Shown: positions 41,836 to 46,242 of the stretch, one piece after another
Layout of the letters: every line of letters starts with the position of its first letter
Position numbering within the stretch: the first letter of the stretch is position 1
Assembly: GCA_964431205.1 (NCBI GenBank)
Contig: CAYSIX010000001.1
Location: 1 to 46,242, forward strand
Reading direction: 5' to 3'
Length of the DNA stretch: 46,242 nucleotides
DNA from: an uncultured Phycisphaeraceae bacterium
GTDB taxonomy: Bacteria > Planctomycetota > Phycisphaerae > Phycisphaerales > Phycisphaeraceae
Translations under genes and position numbers: made by a program
Notes under the pieces: generated by a model
Seen by the model: the letters and a program-made list of their open reading frames with translations, nothing else
Database searches by the model: none
What the model was told of the DNA's origin: nothing

Positions 41836-42882
41836 ATGGACCTGTGCATCGTCGGACAACAAGGCCACGTCAAGGCGGTGCTCGCGGAGCTGACGGGCTT
41901 GCCGCGGGTGCGGATCGTGGGCGTCGCGCCGGGGACGCCGGGCGGCGAGGCCACGGTCGTGCCCAGCTGGTGTGATCGCCACGGGCACGAGCCGCGGCGG
42001 TTCGAGGACGCCGTCGAGATGCTCGACGCGCTGCGACCGGACGCGGTGTGCATCGACAACCCGTTCCACCTGCACGCGGACGTGTGCGTGGCGGCGCTGG
42101 AGCGGGGCGTGCACGTGCTGTGTGAGAAACCGGTGGCGACGACGCTGGAGGGCCTGTCGCGCGTGGAGGCGGCCGGGGAGCGTTCGTCGGCGGTGCTGAT
42201 GACCATCATGAAGAGCCGGTACGACCCGGCGATCTACACCGCGTGGCAAGCGGTGCGCAAGGGGGCGATCGGCCCGGTGAGGCTGATCGACTGCCGCAAG
42301 TCCTACCGCCTGGGTCAGCGGCCCGAGTTCTACCGCAGCCGGGAAACCTACGGCGGGACGATCCTGTGGGTCGGGATCCACGCGGTGGACTGGATCGTCT
42401 GGTTCAGCGGGCAGCGGTTCGAGTCGGCGTGGGCGACGCACACGACGGCGGACAACCGCGGGCACGGCGACCTGGAGTCGGCCGCGGCGTGCCAGCTTGT
42501 CCTGGCCGACGGCACGCCGGCGTCGGTGATGATCGACTACTTTCGGCCGGACACCGCGCCGACGCACGGCGACGACCGCATCCGCGTGGTGGGCGTCGAT
42601 GGGGTGATCGAGGTGCGCGAGGGTCGGGCGTACCTGATCAACGGCGAGGCGTCGGGCGAGCGTCGGCTGGCGGTCGGGTGCGACCGCGGGCTGGTCGCGG
42701 ACTTTCTCGGCGTGATCGAGCGCGGTGAGGAGGGGCTGATCCGTCGGTGGGAGGTCTTCGAGGCGACGCGTGCGTGCCTGGCGGCGCGGGCATCGGCGGA
42801 CGGGGCGGGGGTGGTGCGGCGGTCGGCTCTGACGGAAGTGGACGCGGAGGCATCGCGATCGACCGAAGGGGCGGTGGGATGA
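41836..42882 (+). CDS. Gfo/Idh/MocA-family oxidoreductase
   Basis: ORF 41788..42882. Start placed at ATG 41836 (MDLCIVGQQGHV). HVLCEKPVA is the EKP motif. Confidence 0.8.
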   Translation: MDLCIVGQQGHVKAVLAELTGLPRVRIVGVAPGTPGGEATVVPSWCDRHGHEPRRFEDAVEMLDALRPDAVCIDNPFHLHADVCVAALERGVHVLCEKPVATTLEGLSRVEAAGERSSAVLMTIMKSRYDPAIYTAWQAVRKGAIGPVRLIDCRKSYRLGQRPEFYRSRETYGGTILWVGIHAVDWIVWFSGQRFESAWATHTTADNRGHGDLESAAACQLVLADGTPASVMIDYFRPDTAPTHGDDRIRVVGVDGVIEVREGRAYLINGEASGERRLAVGCDRGLVADFLGVIERGEEGLIRRWEVFEATRACLAARASADGAGVVRRSALTEVDAEASRSTEGAVG

Positions 42883-42926
42883 ACCAGGCCGGTTGAGCGA
42901 TCGTCCGCGACGGGCGATCATGGACC

Positions 42927-44141
42927 TTGAGGATGAACCGCAACCCGGCGGTGACAGCCCGAACGAGCACGCGGCCGCGCGTCGCGCTGGTCTTCGCCGA
43001 GCACACCAAGTCGGCGCTGGTGGGGATCGCGCAATACGTGCGAACCAATCGACCGTGGTCGTTCGCGCTGATCCCGACGGCGGTGGAGGACTCGATGCCG
43101 CTGTGGCTGGCCAAGTGGGACTGCGACGGGATCATCGGTCGGATCGTGGACCAGAGGACGGTGGAGGTGTTCCGGTCGATCCGGGTGCCGTTCGTGGACC
43201 TGCGTGGGGACTTCCGCGAGTTGGGGATCGCGCTGGTGCACCACGACGACGCGGCGATCGGCCGGGAGGCGGCGGACCACCTGCTGGAGCGGGGCTTCAA
43301 GCACTTCGCGTTCTGCGGCTACGAGGGGGTCGTGTGGTCGGGCATGCGGCGGGACTCGTTCCTGGAGCGTACGGAAGAGGCCGGATACACCGCGGCGGTG
43401 CTGGAGCTGCCGTTGAAGGACCCGGTGGGCCGGCAGTGGGAGCGTCGGGTCTCGAGCCTGAGCCGGTGGCTGACGGGCCTGCCCAAGCCGGTGGCGGTGA
43501 TGGCGGCGAACGACGCGCTGGGCCAGCACGTCCTGCTGGCGGCGCAGGACGCGGACCTGGCGGTGCCCGACGTGGTGGCGGTGATCGGCGTGGACAACGA
43601 CGAGGGCACGTGCGAGGTGTGCGACCCGCCGCTGACCAGCGTGCCGCTGGACCACGTGAGGCAGGGGTACGAGGCGGCGGCGCTGCTCGATCGGCTGATG
43701 TTGGGTGAGCAGGTCGAACAGACGCAGGTGTTTCTGCGCCCGCCGCCGATCCGCGTGCGGCAGTCAACGGACGTGCTGGCGATCGACGACCCGTTCATCG
43801 TGATGGCGGTGCGTTACATCCGAGAGCACGCGTGCGACGGGATCGGCGTCTCGGACGTGCTGCGAGAGGTGCCGCTGTCGCGGAGCGTGTTGCAGCGTCG
43901 GTTCCGGCGACTGTTCGGCAAGACGGTCAACGACGCGATCATCGACGCGCGGCTGAAGCGGGCCAAGGAGCTGCTGACGGCGACGGACCTGTCGCTGCCA
44001 CGGATCGCGCAGCTCGCTGGTTTCCGTCATCAGCAGTACATGGGCGCGGTGTTCCGCAAGCGGCTGAAGACGAGCCCGGCAAGGTACCGGCGGGAGGTAG
44101 CGGCGGCGTCGGGCGGTCATGCCGCGCTCGTGTCGGACTGA
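42927..44141 (+). CDS. XylR-type regulator: periplasmic-binding-protein-like sensor domain + C-terminal AraC-family HTH
   Basis: 404 aa. The N-terminal two thirds are LacI/PBP1-like (RVALVFAEHTKSALVGIAQYV..., PKPVAVMAANDALGQHVLLAAQDADLAVPDVVAVIGVDNDE). The C-terminus is a double AraC HTH (VSDVLREVPLSRSVLQRRFRRLFGKTVNDAIIDARLKRAKELLTATDLSLPRIAQLAGFRHQQYMGAVFRKRLKTSPARYRR). Confidence 0.8.
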   Translation: MRMNRNPAVTARTSTRPRVALVFAEHTKSALVGIAQYVRTNRPWSFALIPTAVEDSMPLWLAKWDCDGIIGRIVDQRTVEVFRSIRVPFVDLRGDFRELGIALVHHDDAAIGREAADHLLERGFKHFAFCGYEGVVWSGMRRDSFLERTEEAGYTAAVLELPLKDPVGRQWERRVSSLSRWLTGLPKPVAVMAANDALGQHVLLAAQDADLAVPDVVAVIGVDNDEGTCEVCDPPLTSVPLDHVRQGYEAAALLDRLMLGEQVEQTQVFLRPPPIRVRQSTDVLAIDDPFIVMAVRYIREHACDGIGVSDVLREVPLSRSVLQRRFRRLFGKTVNDAIIDARLKRAKELLTATDLSLPRIAQLAGFRHQQYMGAVFRKRLKTSPARYRREVAAASGGHAALVSD

Positions 44142-44183
44142 CCCCCCGCCGGGCGGTGTGGCGCGGGCCGATCGACCGATTCG

Positions 44184-44239
44184 CTTCAAGATTGTGGATT
44201 TATTCGATCGTTGCCCGCCCCGCTCGCGCCGGTTACCCT
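44184..44239 (+). promoter_or_regulatory. Promoter with conserved upstream motif (copy 3) for the family-5 binding-protein gene
   Basis: CTTCAAGATTG (44184-44194), -35 TTGCCC (44211-44216), 17 nt, -10 TACCCT (44234-44239). GACC lies 10 nt upstream. The motif-to-ATG distance is 210 nt, against 211 nt at copy 1. Confidence 0.45.
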
Positions 44240-44393
44240 GCCCTTCGGACACGCGTCAGCACGAACGGCGCGCGTCCGGTCCCGTTCGGCTCGCGCCACT
44301 CGAGCGCGGCAGGTCGCGCTTCATTGCGGCCGGGAAGACCCGGCGTGGCTCCGTGGATTCGCTACGGGCCACGCCGTTGTGAGACGACTGGTT

Positions 44394-46242
44394 ATGCGGA
44401 AACTCATCACCGCGATTGGTCCCACGGCGGGCGGCGTCGCGCTGGCGGGGCTGGCGTTCGGCGTGGCGCTTTGGGTGCTGGGCTGGATGCTGCGGCCCGA
44501 CCTGACCCCGCAGCCGGCGCGCTACACGGCCGAGGAGCTGACCCGGGCGCGCGAGGCGCGCGACGTGCGGTTCGACCCCGAATCGCCGGACGAGCTGCCG
44601 GTGATCGCGGTGGCGGCGGATTACGGCGAGGGGCGTGGGGCGGCGTGGTGGCCCAAGGGCGAACCGCCGCTGCTGGAGCCGCTGGTCGAGAACGGCGACC
44701 TGCCGCCGGTGGCCGATCGCGTCGGGCCCGAGCCGGTGGTGATGCGCGGGGTGGACGGCGTGGGTGAGTACGGCGGGACGTGGCTGCGGATCTCGACCTC
44801 GCCGGCGGACGTGCGCGTCATGGATTGGCGGATGAGCTACAGCGCGCTGTTCCGCTGGTCGCCGCTGGGCTACCCGATCGTCCCGCACATCGCCAAGCGC
44901 ATGCAGGTGTCGGACGACTTCCGCCGGTTCACGGTGCACCTGCGCCGCGGCATCCGCTGGTCGGACGGCGAGCCGTTCACCGCCGACGACATCCTCTACT
45001 GGTGGCATTACGAGGAGATCAACGCCGCGGTGGGCGATGGAGCGCCGCCGCCGTGGCTGCGCGTCGCGGGGTCCGCCGGCACGGTCGAGATGATCGACGA
45101 CCACACCGTCCGCTTCGTGTTCGACGCGCCGGTCGGCAACTTCGATGAGCGCATGGCCTGCTACAGCTACCTGATGACCAACAGCCCGCGGCACTACCTC
45201 AGCCGCTACCACCCCGACCTGGGCGACGCCGAGTTTATCCGGCGAGAGATGGACGCCTACGGCATGCCCAGCCCGCGGGCGCTGTACACCTACCTCAAGC
45301 ACTTCCAGAACCCCGATCACCCGCGCATGTGGCCGTGGGTCTACCGCGCCTACCGCTCGACCGCGCCGCAGGTCTTCGTGCGGAACCCGTACTACTACGC
45401 CGTCGATCCGGCCGGCAACCAGCTCCCCTACATCGACCGCGTGCAGTTCGAGGTCGTCAGCGGGCAGATGCTGCCCGTGCAGTTCGCCCGCGGCCGCGTC
45501 AGCATGCAGACCCGCTACGTCCAGTACGACAACTACACCGAGCTGATGGCCCAACGCGACGCCTCGGGCACACGCGTCCTGCACTGGTACCCCGCCACCC
45601 GCTCGGTCTGGATGATCAACCCCAACAGCAACCGCCTGGTCGTGCCCGGCCGGCCGGCGACGGTCAAGAAAAAACGGCTGCTCGCCGACCCTCGCTTCCG
45701 TCAGGCCCTGTCCCTGGCGATCGACCGCGACACGATCATCCGCGCCGAGTACAACAACCAGGTCCGCCCGTCGCAGGTCGAGCCCGGGCCCGAGTCGCCC
45801 TACCACCATCCCGAGCTGGCTCACGCGTTCATCGAGCACGACCCCGATCGCGCCAACGCCATGCTCGACGCCCTGGGCCTGGACCAGCGCGACGCCGACG
45901 GCATGCGCACCTTCCCCGACGGCTCGACGATGACCTTCTACCTCGACTTCACCCAGTTCACCGGGATCGGGCCGGCCCAGTTCGTCATCGACGACTGGGC
46001 GGAGGTCGGCGTGCGCGTGATCGCCCGGGAACGCGCCCGCACGCTCTTCGACATCCAGAACGAGTCGGGCGACTTCGACTTTGCCGTCTGGACCAGCGAG
46101 AGCGACTACTTCCCGCTGATCGACCCACGAACGCTGATCCCCAGCGGCGCCAAGTGGGCGCCGCGGTGGAGCCTGTGGTACGCGATGGGCGGGTTTTACG
46201 GCCTGCCCGAGGCCGAGCCTTATCAGGAGGAGGCCCCCCCAC
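44394..46242 (+). CDS. ABC transporter substrate-binding protein, family 5 (oligosaccharide/peptide type), 3'-partial
   Basis: Absent from the ORF track because no stop occurs before the window end. My own translation from ATG 44394 gives MRKLITAIGPTAGGVALAGLAFGVALWVLGWMLRP (N-terminal anchor) ... FTVHLRRGIRWSDGEPFTADDILYWW ... NPYYYAVDPAGNQLPYIDRV ... DPRFRQALSLAIDRDTII ... FVIDDWAEVGVRV. I checked the frame from about 45000 to 46242, where it is open with strong GC3 bias. The antisense ORFs 44256..45839 and 45985..46242 are shadows. Confidence 0.8.
   Translation, partial: MRKLITAIGPTAGGVALAGLAFGVALWVLGWMLRPDLTPQPARYTAEELTRAREARDVRFDPESPDELPVIAVAADYGEGRGAAWWPKGEPPLLEPLVENGDLPPVADRVGPEPVVMRGVDGVGEYGGTWLRISTSPADVRVMDWRMSYSALFRWSPLGYPIVPHIAKRMQVSDDFRRFTVHLRRGIRWSDGEPFTADDILYWWHYEEINAAVGDGAPPPWLRVAGSAGTVEMIDDHTVRFVFDAPVGNFDERMACYSYLMTNSPRHYLSRYHPDLGDAEFIRREMDAYGMPSPRALYTYLKHFQNPDHPRMWPWVYRAYRSTAPQVFVRNPYYYAVDPAGNQLPYIDRVQFEVVSGQMLPVQFARGRVSMQTRYVQYDNYTELMAQRDASGTRVLHWYPATRSVWMINPNSNRLVVPGRPATVKKKRLLADPRFRQALSLAIDRDTIIRAEYNNQVRPSQVEPGPESPYHHPELAHAFIEHDPDRANAMLDALGLDQRDADGMRTFPDGSTMTFYLDFTQFTGIGPAQFVIDDWAEVGVRVIARERARTLFDIQNESGDFDFAVWTSESDYFPLIDPRTLIPSGAKWAPRWSLWYAMGGFYGLPEAEPYQEEAPP

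Noticed and set aside
44256-45839. 527-aa ORF on the minus strand, plus the 45985..46242 minus-strand ORF
   Set aside because: Arg/Pro/Gly/His-rich low-complexity translations with no recognisable motifs. They are antisense shadows of the plus-strand family-5 binding-protein gene (44394..>46242), which shows clear family blocks and GC3-biased codons.
1-46242. Search for CRISPR arrays, tRNA/rRNA genes, integrases/transposases, toxin-antitoxin or defence-system genes
   Set aside because: I found no direct-repeat/spacer arrays, no cloverleaf-compatible segments or rRNA-like conserved blocks in the intergenic regions, and no recombinase, nuclease or ATPase motifs in any credible ORF. The only mobile-DNA signature is the 166-bp MITE-like element.

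Overview
GC-rich, gene-dense window with about 31 credible CDS, one of them cut by the 3' window edge. I recognised no rRNA, tRNA, CRISPR array, transposase or integrase. All calls rest on motifs read by eye in the supplied translations and on my own reading of the DNA; no BLAST or HMM search was possible.

Gene content looks like a carbohydrate / amino-sugar utilisation island of a PVC-superphylum bacterium (Planctomycetota/Phycisphaerae- or Verrucomicrobia-like). It holds:
- three prepilin-type DUF1559 (H-X9-DG family) proteins;
- five PEP-CTERM-anchored exoproteins, three carrying a nearly identical double dockerin-like cassette;
- a CUT1-type sugar ABC importer whose binding protein is fused to a permease, plus a family-5 binding protein (partial);
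- four Gfo/Idh/MocA oxidoreductases and two DegT-type aminotransferases;
- several N-deacylase-type hydrolases (CE4-like x2, nitrilase-superfamily, isochorismatase-like);
- nagB-nagA embedded in a longer operon;
- an enolase-superfamily enzyme and a UxaE-like epimerase;
- three hybrid sugar-sensing regulators (ROK-like, AraR-type, XylR-type).

Most interesting observations:
1. Pilin-like DUF1559 genes sit next to PEP-CTERM lectin-like genes twice. In one case the DUF1559 gene ends 4 nt before a fused binding-protein/permease importer. This suggests an undescribed substrate-capture/uptake module.
2. DegT aminotransferases occur in a purely catabolic context with Gfo/Idh/MocA enzymes and deacylases. 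This suggests an uncharacterised amino-sugar de-N-acylation/deamination route.
3. A nagBA operon is extended by dehydrogenase, SDR, DHDPS-like and threonine-dehydratase-like genes.
4. A 166-bp MITE-like element with 16-bp perfect terminal inverted repeats and a 7-bp direct flank lies between two divergent paralogous promoters.
5. A dockerin cassette is shared at DNA level by three otherwise unrelated genes.
6. A conserved promoter-upstream motif precedes three exported-protein genes.
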